DNA of 64,000 nucleotides from Escherichia coli (GCF_044324875.1 NZ_CP172185.1); one strand, 5' to 3'. Shown: positions 31,527 through 43,925, numbered from the stretch's first letter. Notes: generated from the letters alone by a model not told the origin. Numbers and translations: made by a program.

Positions 31527-32900
31527 TTAATGGTTGGAGAACCAGTTCAATTTATCGCGCAGGCCAACGACCCGACCAATAATAATTAATGATGGGCTGT
31601 TCATTTGCTGCGCCAGTTCGCCCAGCTGCGAGAGTGTACCGTCAATCACGCGCTGCGTGACTGCCGTTCCGTTTTCGACAATCGCCACCGGCATATCGCC
31701 AGGCATACCGTGTTCAATCAGCTTTTGCTGAATAGTCGCGGCCTGATTCAACCCCATATAGAACACCAGCGTCTGTTTTTCTGCCGCCAGGTTTTCCCAG
31801 TCCAGTTCGCCACCGGTTTTTAAGTGTCCGGTAATTAAGCGTACGCTCTGGGCATAATCGCGATGCGTGAGCGGAATACCCGAATAGGCAGAGCAACCAG
31901 AAGCTGCGGTAATACCCGGAACCACCGAGAACGGAATGCCCGCGTTGCACAGTGTTTCCAGCTCTTCGCCACCACGACCAAAAATAAACGGATCGCCGCC
32001 TTTCAGCCGCACCACGCGTTTGCCTTTTTGCGCTTCCCGCAGCAGGATCTGGTTAATCTCTTCTTGCGGTACGCAGTGGTATCCCGCGCGTTTGCCGACG
32101 AAAACGCGATCCGCATCGCGGCGTACCAGATTCATAATATCGTCAGAAACCAGACGGTCGTAGACCACCACATCTGCCTGCTGAATTTGTTGCAGACCTT
32201 TCAGTGTCAGCAGCCCGGCATCGCCCGGACCTGCACCAACCAGCACCACTTCACCGCGATGGTCGAGCGGTTCGTTGATTAACTGTTCGGTGGTTTCAGT
32301 AATGGCTTTCTGATCGTTGTTGGCCAGCGACTGCGCCAGGCGGTCGTTAACGAACAATTTCTCCCAGAAACGGCGACGCTCACCCATCGTGGCGAACTGT
32401 TGTTTCACTCGCCCGCGTAATTGCCCGGCGTATTTCGCTACCTGGCCCAGATGTAACGGCAGCAGTGATTCGAGTTTTTCGCGCAACAGGCGCGCCAGAA
32501 CCGGAGAGGTGCCGCCAGAGGATACCGCTACCATGAGCGGTGAGCGGTCAATAATCGACGGCATAATAAAGCTGGCGGCTTTCGGCGCATCGACCACGTT
32601 ACAGAAGATGCGACGAGCTTCAGCGGCTTCACTGACGCGCTGGTTAAGCGCGTCATCATCCGTCGCAGCAATTGCCAGCCAGCAGGTGTCGAGAAGGCTT
32701 TCATCAAATGGCCCTTCGACGAGGGTTAACATGCCTGCATCTGCCCATGCGGTGAACTGTGGAATAAACGCTAATGCATTCACCGTTAAGCGAGCGCCTG
32801 CGTCTAACAGCAACCTTGCTTTGCGTTCCGCGACATCACCACCGCCGACAATCAGACAGTCGCGATCGCGTAATTGGCAAAATATAGGCAAATGATCCAC
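31527..32900 (-). CDS. cysG: Siroheme synthase (uroporphyrinogen-III methyltransferase/dehydrogenase/ferrochelatase)
   Basis: 457-aa ORF with an N-terminal NAD-binding motif ([10 protein letters not shown]) and a C-terminal SUMT domain ([12 protein letters not shown]). Confidence 0.97.
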   Translation of the reverse strand: MDHLPIFCQLRDRDCLIVGGGDVAERKARLLLDAGARLTVNALAFIPQFTAWADAGMLTLVEGPFDESLLDTCWLAIAATDDDALNQRVSEAAEARRIFCNVVDAPKAASFIMPSIIDRSPLMVAVSSGGTSPVLARLLREKLESLLPLHLGQVAKYAGQLRGRVKQQFATMGERRRFWEKLFVNDRLAQSLANNDQKAITETTEQLINEPLDHRGEVVLVGAGPGDAGLLTLKGLQQIQQADVVVYDRLVSDDIMNLVRRDADRVFVGKRAGYHCVPQEEINQILLREAQKGKRVVRLKGGDPFIFGRGGEELETLCNAGIPFSVVPGITAASGCSAYSGIPLTHRDYAQSVRLITGHLKTGGELDWENLAAEKQTLVFYMGLNQAATIQQKLIEHGMPGDMPVAIVENGTAVTQRVIDGTLSQLGELAQQMNSPSLIIIGRVVGLRDKLNWFSNH

Positions 32901-32918
32901 GTAAAAACCCCTTAGTAA

Positions 32919-33725
32919 TTAACCGGCAGCTGTTTCAGTTTGATTAAATTTGTCCGCAACCGGACGATTCGCTTTCGGCGTAGCATACCAATAACCCAAT
33001 CCCATGAATACGGCACCCGATAAAGTATTACCCAGCGTCACCCACAGCAGGTTATGACCAATACCCGCCAGCGTGTAGGCTTCGCTGTGGTTGCCAAACC
33101 AGGAGAGGGCGAACAGCGTCATGTTAGCGATGGAGTGCTCGTAGCCGGACGCGATAAATGCCAGCAGACACCACCAGATAGCGATAAATTTCGCCGCCCC
33201 TTCAGTGCGCAGCGCCATCCAGATAGCCAGGCAAACCAGCCAGTTACACAATGCACCTTTGAAGAACAGTACCATTGCCGGTGCAGTGGTTTTAGCCAGC
33301 GCGACGGAGTGAACGATGCTGGTATCTACCGGCAGCAGGCTACCGCCACCCCAGCTATAGAGCATGGCAACGAAGACGGAACCGACCAGGTTACCCAGCC
33401 AGGTTTGCGGCAGGATTGCCCACATTTGCCCGTGGCTGATAGTGCCCGCTTTCACTCCAAAGGTGAGGAACATGGTGTGTCCGGTGAACAGCTCAGAACC
33501 AGCAATAATGACCAGCGTTAAGGCGATACCAAAGGTCGCGCCCATCACCAGAGGACGTACGGACGGGTCGAGCAAATTACCGAGCGTGAAAATCAGGATG
33601 ATCCCAAGACCCACATACGCGCCCGCCATGGCGGAGCTGACCCAGAAGCCGAGCGGGTTATTTGCCGACAGGCGTGCAATGCGCGCAGCGTTAGCCGCAC
33701 ACTTATTAATAGTGTCTGTAAACAT
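32919..33725 (-). CDS. nirC: Nitrite transporter NirC (formate/nitrite transporter family)
   Basis: 268-aa hydrophobic ORF. FNT family features are present and its position in the nir operon matches NirC. Confidence 0.96.
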   Translation of the reverse strand: MFTDTINKCAANAARIARLSANNPLGFWVSSAMAGAYVGLGIILIFTLGNLLDPSVRPLVMGATFGIALTLVIIAGSELFTGHTMFLTFGVKAGTISHGQMWAILPQTWLGNLVGSVFVAMLYSWGGGSLLPVDTSIVHSVALAKTTAPAMVLFFKGALCNWLVCLAIWMALRTEGAAKFIAIWWCLLAFIASGYEHSIANMTLFALSWFGNHSEAYTLAGIGHNLLWVTLGNTLSGAVFMGLGYWYATPKANRPVADKFNQTETAAG

Positions 33726-33779
33726 TTGATTATCCTTTAAAAAATAAAAACAAAAAATAAAACAAAAAGTTTAAAAAAT

Positions 33780-33842
33780 GTCCTGCAATATACCGAAGGT
33801 TAGTACAGGACCATGCAAAAAGGGGAGGCATTGCGCCTCCCG
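33780..33842 (-). promoter_or_regulatory. Two tandem hairpins in the nirD-nirC spacer (attenuator/terminator-like)
   Basis: On the minus strand, GGGAGGCgcaatGCCTCCC is followed by CTTTTTGC. Then GTCCTGtactaaccttcggtatattgCAGGAC is followed by a roughly 50-nt T-rich tract. Confidence 0.5.
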
Positions 33843-33850
33843 TTAAAACA

Positions 33851-34177
33851 TTAACCGCGCAGCTGTACCACGCCGTCTTTCACTCGCGCTTCGTAATGCT
33901 TGACGGAAAACTGTTCGTCTTCCATGCACAAGCCGTCGCTTAAGCGAAAACGCTGTTTTTTCAGCGGGCTGGCGACCCACAGCTCGCCCTGGTGTTCCGC
34001 AATCAGCCCGCGTGACAGCACGCTGGACTCGAAGAACGGGTCGATGTTGCTGATCGCAAACACCTGGTCGCTGTGATACGGGCGGAAAATTGCTACCTGC
34101 TCGTCACCTAACAGCGCGCAGACGCCGGTTTCAGGCAGGATGTCATCGATTTTGCAGATGTCTTTCCACTGGCTCAT
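33851..34177 (-). CDS. nirD: NADH-nitrite reductase small subunit
   Basis: 108-aa ORF that overlaps the nirB stop codon by 4 nt. It is a Rieske-like small subunit. Confidence 0.96.
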   Translation of the reverse strand: MSQWKDICKIDDILPETGVCALLGDEQVAIFRPYHSDQVFAISNIDPFFESSVLSRGLIAEHQGELWVASPLKKQRFRLSDGLCMEDEQFSVKHYEARVKDGVVQLRG

Positions 34178-36717
34178 GCGTTGTCCTCCACCAGAGTTAC
34201 CGGGATACGTTCATACGGCGTTGCCGGACGGTGCTGTTCGCGCTCTGGCACCATCTGCACGTTCGGGTCACGCTTGTCGCTGTTGATGAAGTGTTTGAAG
34301 CGAGTCTGCGCGGACGGTGTATTGACCGTCTCAGTCCACTCACACACTACCGCTTCACGCAGGCGCGCCATCTCTTCTTCCAGATGAGCGTTCAGCCCCA
34401 GTTTGTCGTCAATGATCACCGCTTTCAGGTAATCGATGCCGCCTTCAAGGTTTTCTAACCACGGCGCGGTACGCGTCAGTTTGTCGGCGGTACGGATGTA
34501 GAACATCATGAAGCGGTCGAGATATTTGATCAGCGTTTCGCGATCGATATCCGCTGCCAGCAGATCTGCATGACGCGGTTTCATGCCGCCGTTACCGCAA
34601 ACATACAGGTTCCAGCCTTTTTCGGTGGCGATAATACCCACGTCTTTACCCTGAGCTTCTGAACATTCACGGGTACAGCCGGAGACACCGAACTTCATTT
34701 TGTGCGGCGTACGGATGCCTTTGTAGCGGTTTTCCAGTTCCACGCCGAGGCCGACGCTGTCGCCAACGCCGTAGCGGCACCAGGTGCTACCCACGCAGGT
34801 TTTCGCCATACGCAGTGCTTTCGCATAGGCATGACCGGTTTCGAAACCGGCTTCAATCAGCTGACGCCAGATTTCCGGCAGATCGTCTTTCTGTGCGCCA
34901 AACATCGCCAGGCGCTGGGAGCCGGTGATTTTGGTGTAGAGATTAAATTCACGCGCGATACGACCCACTGCCATCAGCCCTTCCGGGGTGATTTCACCGC
35001 CCGGAGAACGCGGGATCACCGAGTAGGTGCCGTCTTTCTGGATGTTAGCGAGGAAGTTGTCGTTAGAATCCTGCAGCGGAGTATGTTCCGGCTTCAGAAT
35101 GTATTCGTTCCAGCAGGAGGCCAGCAGCGAACCGACGGTCGGTTTACAAACTTCACAACCGTAGCCTTTGCCGTGTTTCGCCAGCAGCTCTTCGAAGGTT
35201 TTAATGCCTTCAACGCGGATCAAATGGAACAGTTCCTGACGCGAATAAGCAAAGTGTTCGCACAGGTTGTTGTTAACTTCGATGCCCTGTTTCGCCAGTT
35301 CCGCGTTCAGTACCTGAGTGACCAGCGGGATACAGCCACCGCAGCCAGTACCCGCTTTGGTTTCAGCTTTCAGCGCCGCAACGGTGTGGCAGCCTTTGTT
35401 GATAGCAGCAATCAGGTCGCCTTTGGTGACGTCGAAGCAGGAGCAGATTTGCGCGCTGTCCGGCAGTTTATCAACACCGATAGACGGCTTACCGCTACCA
35501 GAGTGCGCCGGCAGAATCAGAGAATCCGGGTTTTCCGGCAGCTCGATAGCGTTCAGCACCAGTTGCAGCAGGTTGCCGTAGTCGCTGGTATCGCCCACCA
35601 GTACCGCACCGAGCAGGGTTTTGTTGTCTTCGCTGACAATAAGGCGTTTGTAGATCTCTTTGCTTTCGTCGAGGTAAACGTAGCTACGTGCGCCAGGTGT
35701 GCGACCGTGCGCATCACCAATACCGCCTACGTCTACGCCCAGCAGTTTCAGCTTGGCGCTAAGGTCAGCACCTTCAAAGGCGTTTTCGCTGCCAAGAATA
35801 TGGTCAACGGCGACCTGCGCCATTTTGTAGCCTGGTGCTACCAGACCAAATACACGGTTGTTCCAGCTTGCGCATTCACCGATGGCGTAGATATCCGGAT
35901 CGGAAGTCTGGCAGGAATCATTTATGACGATACCCCCACGCGGAGCAACGTCCAGACCACACTGGGTTGCCAGCTTATCGCGCGGACGGATACCGGTAGA
36001 GAAGACGATAAAGTCGACTTCCAGTTCGCTGCCGTCGGCAAAACGCATGGTTTTACGCGCTTCGACACCTTCCTGCACAATCTCAAGGGTGTTTTTGCTG
36101 GTGTGAACGCGCACACCCATACTTTCGATTTTGCGACGTAGCTGCTCGCCGCCCATCTGATCAAGCTGTTCCGCCATCAGCATAGGGGCAAATTCGATAA
36201 CGTGGGTTTCAATGCCTAAGTTTTTCAGCGCGCCAGCGGCTTCCAGACCTAACAGGCCGCCACCAACAACGGCACCGCGTTTGCTGCGACGGGCACAGGA
36301 TTCAATGGCGTTGAGGTCTTCAATGGTGCGATAGACAAAGCAGTCCTGAGTATCAGAACCTTTGATTGGTGGGATCCACGGGTAGGAACCGGTCGCCATG
36401 ATCAGCTTGTCATAAAAAACGGTGCGCCCGGCGCTGGAGTGAATCACCTTCTCCTGACGGTTGATGGTGATAGCGCGTTCGCCGACCAGAACTTTGATGC
36501 CGTGTTTCTCGTAGAAGCCTTCGCGCACCAGCGACAGCTCTTCGGCGGTGTGGTGAGAGAAGTAAGACGAGAGGTGTACGCGGTCATAAGCGATGCGCGG
36601 TTCTTCACAGAAAACGGTAATATCAAAGTTGGCCGCATCAGATTTATCAAGAAGATCTTCGATAAAGCGATGGCCGACCATACCGTTACCGATAATTGCG
36701 AGTCTGACTTTGCTCAT
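34174..36717 (-). CDS. nirB: NADH-nitrite reductase large subunit
   Basis: 847-aa ORF with an N-terminal FAD/NAD Rossmann motif (AIIGNGMVGHRF) and BFD-like and siroheme/4Fe-4S domains. Confidence 0.98.
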   Translation of the reverse strand: MSKVRLAIIGNGMVGHRFIEDLLDKSDAANFDITVFCEEPRIAYDRVHLSSYFSHHTAEELSLVREGFYEKHGIKVLVGERAITINRQEKVIHSSAGRTVFYDKLIMATGSYPWIPPIKGSDTQDCFVYRTIEDLNAIESCARRSKRGAVVGGGLLGLEAAGALKNLGIETHVIEFAPMLMAEQLDQMGGEQLRRKIESMGVRVHTSKNTLEIVQEGVEARKTMRFADGSELEVDFIVFSTGIRPRDKLATQCGLDVAPRGGIVINDSCQTSDPDIYAIGECASWNNRVFGLVAPGYKMAQVAVDHILGSENAFEGADLSAKLKLLGVDVGGIGDAHGRTPGARSYVYLDESKEIYKRLIVSEDNKTLLGAVLVGDTSDYGNLLQLVLNAIELPENPDSLILPAHSGSGKPSIGVDKLPDSAQICSCFDVTKGDLIAAINKGCHTVAALKAETKAGTGCGGCIPLVTQVLNAELAKQGIEVNNNLCEHFAYSRQELFHLIRVEGIKTFEELLAKHGKGYGCEVCKPTVGSLLASCWNEYILKPEHTPLQDSNDNFLANIQKDGTYSVIPRSPGGEITPEGLMAVGRIAREFNLYTKITGSQRLAMFGAQKDDLPEIWRQLIEAGFETGHAYAKALRMAKTCVGSTWCRYGVGDSVGLGVELENRYKGIRTPHKMKFGVSGCTRECSEAQGKDVGIIATEKGWNLYVCGNGGMKPRHADLLAADIDRETLIKYLDRFMMFYIRTADKLTRTAPWLENLEGGIDYLKAVIIDDKLGLNAHLEEEMARLREAVVCEWTETVNTPSAQTRFKHFINSDKRDPNVQMVPEREQHRPATPYERIPVTLVEDNA

Positions 36718-36775
36718 TTTTGCCTCGATTTCTTTTCTATTACCGCCTACCTTAACGATTCAGCAACCCCGCTTA

Positions 36776-36789
36776 TTGATGTAAATCAA
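36776..36789. promoter_or_regulatory. FNR binding site of the nirB promoter
   Basis: TTGATGTAAATCAA is a perfect TTGAT-N4-ATCAA palindrome. Placing its centre at -41.5 puts the transcription start at about 36741, 24 nt upstream of the nirB ATG. Confidence 0.85.
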
Positions 36790-36802
36790 ATTCACCTTTA
36801 TA

Positions 36803-36818
36803 TACTCCTTAAGGGGTA
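36803..36818. promoter_or_regulatory. NarL/NarP 7-2-7 site of the nirB promoter
   Basis: TACTCCT-TA-AGGGGTA is an inverted heptamer pair. Its centre lies 28 bp upstream of the FNR site centre, which gives -69.5 and matches the known pnir architecture. Confidence 0.8.
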
Positions 36819-36939
36819 TATTGCTGATTTGTATAAATTTTCTTAAGTCACGGAATTGTCTGACATTTCATGTTTGTGCAAAAAACAGACAAATTGAACG
36901 GGTTTATAGAAATAGATGCACGTAGCGGGGTTAGAGAGG

Positions 36940-36970
36940 AAAAGGCCGGACGACGATAGTGCCGTCCGGC
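36940..36970 (-). terminator. tsgA rho-independent terminator
   Basis: On the minus strand, GCCGGACGgcactatcgtCGTCCGGC is followed by CTTTTCCTC, just after the tsgA stop codon. Confidence 0.7.
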
Positions 36971-36978
36971 ATGAGCAA

Positions 36979-38160
36979 TTAATGAGAGGTCAGGGTGTTA
37001 TGCTGACGGTGACGGCTGACGAAACCTAACAGGAAGCACATCACAAAGACGACAGCGTACAGACCGTTTGCTGTAAGCAGTGCCGCCTGCGGACCGCTAT
37101 GTTCAACAATCGGCCCGGTAACCACAAAGGTCAACATAGTACCGATGGTCCCGCAGGTCAGGACAAAGTTAACCAGTTTTGGCGACGGTACTTTGGTCTG
37201 CTGTGAACCCAGGGTGATGATGGTGGTATAGATCGCGCTGGAGAAGAAGCCCAGGGCGAGAATTGACCACGCCATATGTGCCGGTGTTCCGGTGTTAAAG
37301 ACGTACATCAGAATCGCGGCCAGACCCGCCAGTACGGTCAGGATACGTTGCAAATCAAAGAAGCGAAGAATAAAGCTGAACGCCCACATGCCGATCATGT
37401 ATGACATCCAGAAGTTACTCACCAGCGTACCAGCATCATTCAGGCTCATGCCCAGGCCTTTGGCATACTCAGGCACCCAGGAGATAAAACCTAACTGACC
37501 GAGGATGTAGCACAGTGCCGCAATGGAGAGAAACAGCACGCCGATCCCCCACTTTTCTTTCTCTACCGGAGCATCCGTTTTTGGTGCATGTTTGCCCAGT
37601 GCCGGGAACTCACAGCCGAAGGTCAGAATAAAAATAGCGACATACACCAGCCCGATGCAGGCATAAACCCAGTACCACTCAATGCTGCGCGCCAGTAGAA
37701 ACGCGGCGATCATTGGGAAAATCATCCCAGCCATACTGAAGAAGGAGTCGGTAAATAACAGGCGGGAACCGCGCTGACGCCCTTCATACATTTGTGTTAT
37801 CAGGAATGTACCAATCGACATGGTGATGCCGCTGACCACCCCGAGAATGAACATCGCCGCCGAGAACAGCGCCAGGCTGTGGCTGAACATCAAACCGGCA
37901 ACCGCCAGCACCATCAGGAGAAAGCCAAAACGTAACTGCGTTTTCAACGGGACGATTTCCATCAGCCAGGCGTTGAGGAAGATAGAGATTAAAATGCCGG
38001 CGTTGAGGAAGGTGAAGGTATTACTCATACTGGAAACAGGCAGATTGAAATAATCGGCGATATTTCCCATCACCATCCCGGTGACAATAACCAACGCACC
38101 GGTCAGTGCGTAGGAGAGAAAGCTAATCCATGTGAGCTTGATGCGATTGCTGTTAGTCAT
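36979..38160 (-). CDS. tsgA: MFS transporter TsgA
   Basis: 393-aa polytopic ORF whose sequence and position match TsgA. Confidence 0.93.
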   Translation of the reverse strand: MTNSNRIKLTWISFLSYALTGALVIVTGMVMGNIADYFNLPVSSMSNTFTFLNAGILISIFLNAWLMEIVPLKTQLRFGFLLMVLAVAGLMFSHSLALFSAAMFILGVVSGITMSIGTFLITQMYEGRQRGSRLLFTDSFFSMAGMIFPMIAAFLLARSIEWYWVYACIGLVYVAIFILTFGCEFPALGKHAPKTDAPVEKEKWGIGVLFLSIAALCYILGQLGFISWVPEYAKGLGMSLNDAGTLVSNFWMSYMIGMWAFSFILRFFDLQRILTVLAGLAAILMYVFNTGTPAHMAWSILALGFFSSAIYTTIITLGSQQTKVPSPKLVNFVLTCGTIGTMLTFVVTGPIVEHSGPQAALLTANGLYAVVFVMCFLLGFVSRHRQHNTLTSH

Positions 38161-38282
38161 GATTGGCCTGCGTTCAAAAATAAAATGGCATAGCGGGCTA
38201 TGCCGCGAGCGGGCGATTTTAGGTGATTTTGTGATCTGATTAAATGTTTTATTGCAATCGGTTGCTAAATTGCATTTTAAGA

Positions 38283-38298
38283 GGTGATTTTTATCACA
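38283..38298. promoter_or_regulatory. Candidate CRP site upstream of ppiA
   Basis: GGTGA-TTTTTA-TCACA matches TGTGA-N6-TCACA at 9 of 10 core positions. ppiA is reported to be CRP-dependent. Confidence 0.5.
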
Positions 38299-38421
38299 GA
38301 ATAAAAAGTGATCGTCAGGTTACATATATTTCAGATACGTAAAATTAGGTAAAGGGATGGCCTTGTTCTTGAAGGCTATTTAGAATCTCTTCACTTGCTT
38401 TTTTTCTGCTCTGTTTGTTAA

Positions 38422-39003
<582 letters not shown>

Positions 39004-39012
39004 TGATTTCTC

Positions 39013-39040
39013 GCGCGGGCAATCTTGCCCGCGCTTCTGC
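39013..39040 (+). terminator. ppiA terminator hairpin
   Basis: GCGCGGGCAAtcTTGCCCGCGC is followed by TTCTGCTCT. The T-run is weak. Confidence 0.55.
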
Positions 39041-39107
39041 TCTCCCGGCGTAACCCGGATTTGCCGCTTATACTTGTGGCAAATGGACACGTTCAGGGAG
39101 GCATCAA

Positions 39108-39275
39108 GTGAAGAAACTCACCGATAAGCAAAAGTCCCGTCTCTGGGAGTTTCAGCGTAATCGTAATTTCCAGGCCAGTCGCCGTCTTGAAGGCGTCGAG
39201 ATGCCTTTAGTCACTCTTACTGCCGCAGAGGCTTTAGCGCGACTTGAAGAGCTGAGGAGGCACTATGAGCGATAA
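39108..39275 (+). CDS. yhfG: YhfG, small partner (antitoxin-like) of Fic
   Basis: Not in the ORF track. It has a GTG start with the SD sequence gggagg upstream and encodes 55 aa, (M)[54 protein letters not shown]. Its last 11 nt overlap the fic start. Confidence 0.85.
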   Translation: MKKLTDKQKSRLWEFQRNRNFQASRRLEGVEMPLVTLTAAEALARLEELRRHYER

Positions 39276-39867
39276 ATTCGGCGAAGGGCGCGATCCGTAT
39301 CTTTATCCTGGCCTTGATATCATGCGTAACCGGCTGAACATCCGCCAGCAACAACGGCTGGAACAGGCCGCTTACGAAATGACGGCGCTACGTGCTGCGA
39401 CCATTGAGCTTGGTCCGCTGGTGCGCGGTTTACCGCATTTGCGCACTATCCATCGCCAGCTGTATCAGGATATTTTCGACTGGGCGGGGCAACTGCGTGA
39501 AGTTGATATTTATCAGGGTGATACGCCGTTCTGCCACTTTGCTTATATCGAAAAAGAGGGCAATGCCCTGATGCAGGATCTGGAGGAAGACGGTTATCTG
39601 GTTGGCCTGGATAAAGCGAAGTTCGTCGAGCGGCTGGCGCATTACTATTGTGAAATCAACGTGCTGCATCCCTTCCGTGTGGGAAGCGGACTGGCACAGC
39701 GGATCTTCTTCGAGCAGCTGGCGATTCATGCGGGCTACCAACTGAGCTGGCAGGGTATCGAAAAAGAGGCCTGGAATCAGGCAAATCAGAGTGGGGCAAT
39801 GGGGGATCTCACCGCGCTGCAGATGATATTTAGCAAAGTGGTAAGCGAAGCCGGGGAATCTGAGTAA
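39265..39867 (+). CDS. fic: Fic-domain protein (cell filamentation protein)
   Basis: 200-aa ORF. The Fic motif region reads [12 protein letters not shown], which is degenerate relative to HPFx[DE]GNGRxxR. Confidence 0.95.
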   Translation: MSDKFGEGRDPYLYPGLDIMRNRLNIRQQQRLEQAAYEMTALRAATIELGPLVRGLPHLRTIHRQLYQDIFDWAGQLREVDIYQGDTPFCHFAYIEKEGNALMQDLEEDGYLVGLDKAKFVERLAHYYCEINVLHPFRVGSGLAQRIFFEQLAIHAGYQLSWQGIEKEAWNQANQSGAMGDLTALQMIFSKVVSEAGESE

Positions 39868-39898
39868 AATAGCGCGGTTCTTTCGTACCGGAGCCGCC

Positions 39899-40462
39899 AT
39901 GATCCTGCTTATTGATAACTACGATTCTTTTACCTGGAACCTCTACCAGTACTTTTGTGAACTGGGGGCGGATGTGCTGGTTAAGCGCAACGATGCGTTG
40001 ACGCTGGCGGATATCGATGCCCTTAAACCACAAAAAATTGTCATCTCACCCGGACCCTGTACGCCAGATGAAGCCGGGATCTCCCTTGACGTTATTCGCA
40101 ACTATGCCGGGTGCTTGCCGATTCTTGGCGTCTGCCTCGGTCATCAGGCAATGGCGCAGGCATTTGGCGGCAAAGTTGTGCGCGCCGCAAAGGTCATGCA
40201 CGGCAAAACCTCGCCGATTACACATAACGGTGAGGGCGTATTTCGGGGGCTGGCAAATCCACTTACCGTGACACGCTACCATTCGCTGGTGGTGGAACCT
40301 GACTCATTACCAGCGTGCTTTGAAGTGACGGCCTGGAGCGAAACCCGCGAGATTATGGGGATTCGCCATCGCCAGTGGGATCTGGAAGGCGTGCAGTTCC
40401 ATCCAGAAAGTATTCTCAGCGAACAAGGACATCAACTGCTGGCTAATTTCCTGCATCGCTGA
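39899..40462 (+). CDS. pabA: Aminodeoxychorismate synthase glutamine amidotransferase subunit
   Basis: 187-aa ORF, a class I GATase with the catalytic motif GVCLGHQ and the HPES motif. Confidence 0.97.
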   Translation: MILLIDNYDSFTWNLYQYFCELGADVLVKRNDALTLADIDALKPQKIVISPGPCTPDEAGISLDVIRNYAGCLPILGVCLGHQAMAQAFGGKVVRAAKVMHGKTSPITHNGEGVFRGLANPLTVTRYHSLVVEPDSLPACFEVTAWSETREIMGIRHRQWDLEGVQFHPESILSEQGHQLLANFLHR

Positions 40463-40478
40463 TTTCTGATTGCTATTA

Positions 40479-40517
40479 AGTGATTTTTTATGCATATTTT
40501 GTGATTATAATTTCACA
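40479..40517. promoter_or_regulatory. Tandem ARG boxes (ArgR operator) upstream of argD
   Basis: AGTGATTTTTTATGCATA (15/18) and TGTGATTATAATTTCACA (16/18) compare to TNTGAATWWWWATTCANW. They are separated by 3 bp, and the second box overlaps a TATAAT hexamer. Confidence 0.6.
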
Positions 40518-40532
40518 TTTATTTATGTGTAA

Positions 40533-41768
<1,236 letters not shown>

Positions 41769-41790
41769 ATAAGACGCATCAGGCAAAAGA

Positions 41791-41822
41791 TGTCGGATGC
41801 GGCGTGAATGCCTTATCCGATG
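41791..41822. repeat. REP element
   Basis: gtcggatgcggcgtgaatgccttatccgatgg is REP consensus-like. It lies between the convergent genes argD and yhfK. Confidence 0.75.
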
Positions 41823-41834
41823 GTTTAGCCTGTA

Positions 41835-43925
41835 TTACGCCTTCGAATCCCGCAACTTGCGACTCAGCCAAATCCCATGATGTGGTCGCTGACGCCATGC
41901 CATCGACGAAATGGTGTGCATGGTGTTCAGATGACCTATAACCCGCTGTAAATGCTGCTCCAGCGTACCTGCCGCGCCTTCGTGCGGCTGCATCTCCGGC
42001 GCATCCATGATATTGGCATCGCCGGAACTACCCGGTTCGTCATACTCCAGCCGCTGCTGACAACGCTGAATGGCGATTTCACAAGACTGTAAATACTCTT
42101 GTGCCAGTTCCGGTGGCAATGCCCGGTGTTCCCGCGCCAGCGTGGTCATGGCATTAATATGCTCAACAATAAACTGGCTGTGCGTTACCCACAGTTTCAT
42201 ATCTGCCAGATAATGGCTGTTAAACGCCGGTTCCTGCATCGCCTGATTCAATGAGTTATACAGAGTGTTATGCGCCTGATTTACCCGCATTCGCTGCCAG
42301 GCCAGTGGCGTAGGTTGCGGGTCCTCGCTCAGAATCAAGCGAATCGCGTCCTGATAGGCTTCTAAAGCGTCATGGGCGTTCTTACGCAATAACCCGCTCT
42401 GCCACTGCGGCCACAGCCAGACAGTACCGCCGAAAGCAATTAAACAACCAATAATGGTATCGATAAGACGCGGAAGGATGTACTGCTCACCGTTCAGCCA
42501 CAACAGTTGCAGGGTATACACTGCGGTAATGGTAAAGCCGACCGTCGCCCAGCCGTAGTTTTTGCGCAATATCAGGTAGCTGGCGAGGGTGGTAATCAGC
42601 ATCAAGGTCAGAGTGTAACCTTCGGGAATTTTAAAGTGCAGGGCAACGCCCGCAATGATTAACCCGACCACGGTTCCCACGGAGCGATTCACAATCCTCA
42701 GACGGGTTGCGCCATAGCCATTTTGCGTCACCAGCAATACCGTCATCAGGATCCAGTACGACTTCGGCAGATGCAGCGCGGTGCCCATCAGGCTGGCAAC
42801 GCTTAACATCACACTGAGTCGTCCGGCATTGCGTAGCGCCGGAGATTTCAGTGACAGATAACTTTTCAGCGCCGGAAGTAACGGCATTCGCCGCTGTTTA
42901 TCGGCCAGTAAGTCACGGGCATAGAGCGGTTTTTGGGTGCGCAGCACGCGGGCGATGCGGCTGAAATGCCAATAGCAGAATTGCCCAACCGGATTATCCG
43001 GATGCTGGCGGGCGATTTTTTCCAGTGCGCCAATTTGCTTTTCCATCGTAAAACGCGTCGGCAGGCGATGGTAAAGAATGTCATCAGCCAGCACGCGCAG
43101 GCGAGCGGCGACGGTTTGCGCATTCCAGCGGATAACTTCCTCCGCATGGCTACGCTCGACCAGTTTTTGCACCTCTTCCGGCTGATGCAAACTGACCGAA
43201 ATATGTTCCTGCAAATCCAGCGCCTCCTGGAAAATACGCAGCATCCGCTTGTAATCGTTATTATTTTGCGCGGAAAGCATATGCATTTGCTGATAGCACT
43301 GGGTAATTAAATCGACCGCTTTTTGCTGGCGCACCAGCAGCGGCGGCAGCGCTTTTTCAGGGTCGGTGTGCTGGGTAAGCAGGCTGTATTTGGCTTCACA
43401 ATAATCTGCCAGTTCACGGTACAGCAGACTTAGTGACTCGCGCAGCGGTTGTTCGCGCCAGATCCAGAACCAAAACCAGTTAAACAATCCGTACCAGAGA
43501 GTGCCCAACGCATAGATGAGCAACGGTTCCCAGACCGGCATGTATCCCGCCAGACTGAGGGTAAAAATGGCGGCGAGCAGCGATGCGGGAAGCAATTTTG
43601 CGTGCAATGGCCCCAGCTCAGCAGTGACGCCAAGTACCAGCGTTAATCCGGTCAGCAAAAAGGGCAGGGGAACATCTTTTGCCAGTAACAGCTGTGTCAG
43701 CAAGCTACAGGTGGCAAACAGCGACGCACCAATGATTAAGCGTTTGAAAAAACGTTTATGAGGCGTATCAAGGCCCGCAATATTGCAACAAGCAGGAACG
43801 AGGGAGAAGAGCAGACCGAATCGTAATTCGCCAAGCATTAACCCAACGGCCACGGGCAAACATAGCACCAGCGTTTGTCGCAGTGCATAGTTGATATCGG
43901 GGTGATAAATCAGTCTGCGCCACAT
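41835..43925 (-). CDS. yhfK: YhfK, large inner-membrane protein (FUSC/ArAE-like)
   Basis: 696 aa counted from MWRRLIYHPDINYALRQT. The track ORF begins 4 codons upstream at a TTG. It has two hydrophobic blocks plus a soluble region, as in K-12 YhfK. Confidence 0.88.
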   Translation of the reverse strand: MWRRLIYHPDINYALRQTLVLCLPVAVGLMLGELRFGLLFSLVPACCNIAGLDTPHKRFFKRLIIGASLFATCSLLTQLLLAKDVPLPFLLTGLTLVLGVTAELGPLHAKLLPASLLAAIFTLSLAGYMPVWEPLLIYALGTLWYGLFNWFWFWIWREQPLRESLSLLYRELADYCEAKYSLLTQHTDPEKALPPLLVRQQKAVDLITQCYQQMHMLSAQNNNDYKRMLRIFQEALDLQEHISVSLHQPEEVQKLVERSHAEEVIRWNAQTVAARLRVLADDILYHRLPTRFTMEKQIGALEKIARQHPDNPVGQFCYWHFSRIARVLRTQKPLYARDLLADKQRRMPLLPALKSYLSLKSPALRNAGRLSVMLSVASLMGTALHLPKSYWILMTVLLVTQNGYGATRLRIVNRSVGTVVGLIIAGVALHFKIPEGYTLTLMLITTLASYLILRKNYGWATVGFTITAVYTLQLLWLNGEQYILPRLIDTIIGCLIAFGGTVWLWPQWQSGLLRKNAHDALEAYQDAIRLILSEDPQPTPLAWQRMRVNQAHNTLYNSLNQAMQEPAFNSHYLADMKLWVTHSQFIVEHINAMTTLAREHRALPPELAQEYLQSCEIAIQRCQQRLEYDEPGSSGDANIMDAPEMQPHEGAAGTLEQHLQRVIGHLNTMHTISSMAWRQRPHHGIWLSRKLRDSKA

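Noticed and set aside
34702-36141. 479-aa plus-strand ORF inside nirB
   Set aside because: It is antisense to the well-supported nirB frame. Its composition is Arg/Ala/Phe-rich and typical of a GC-rich antisense frame, and it has no start context. I treat it as a shadow ORF.
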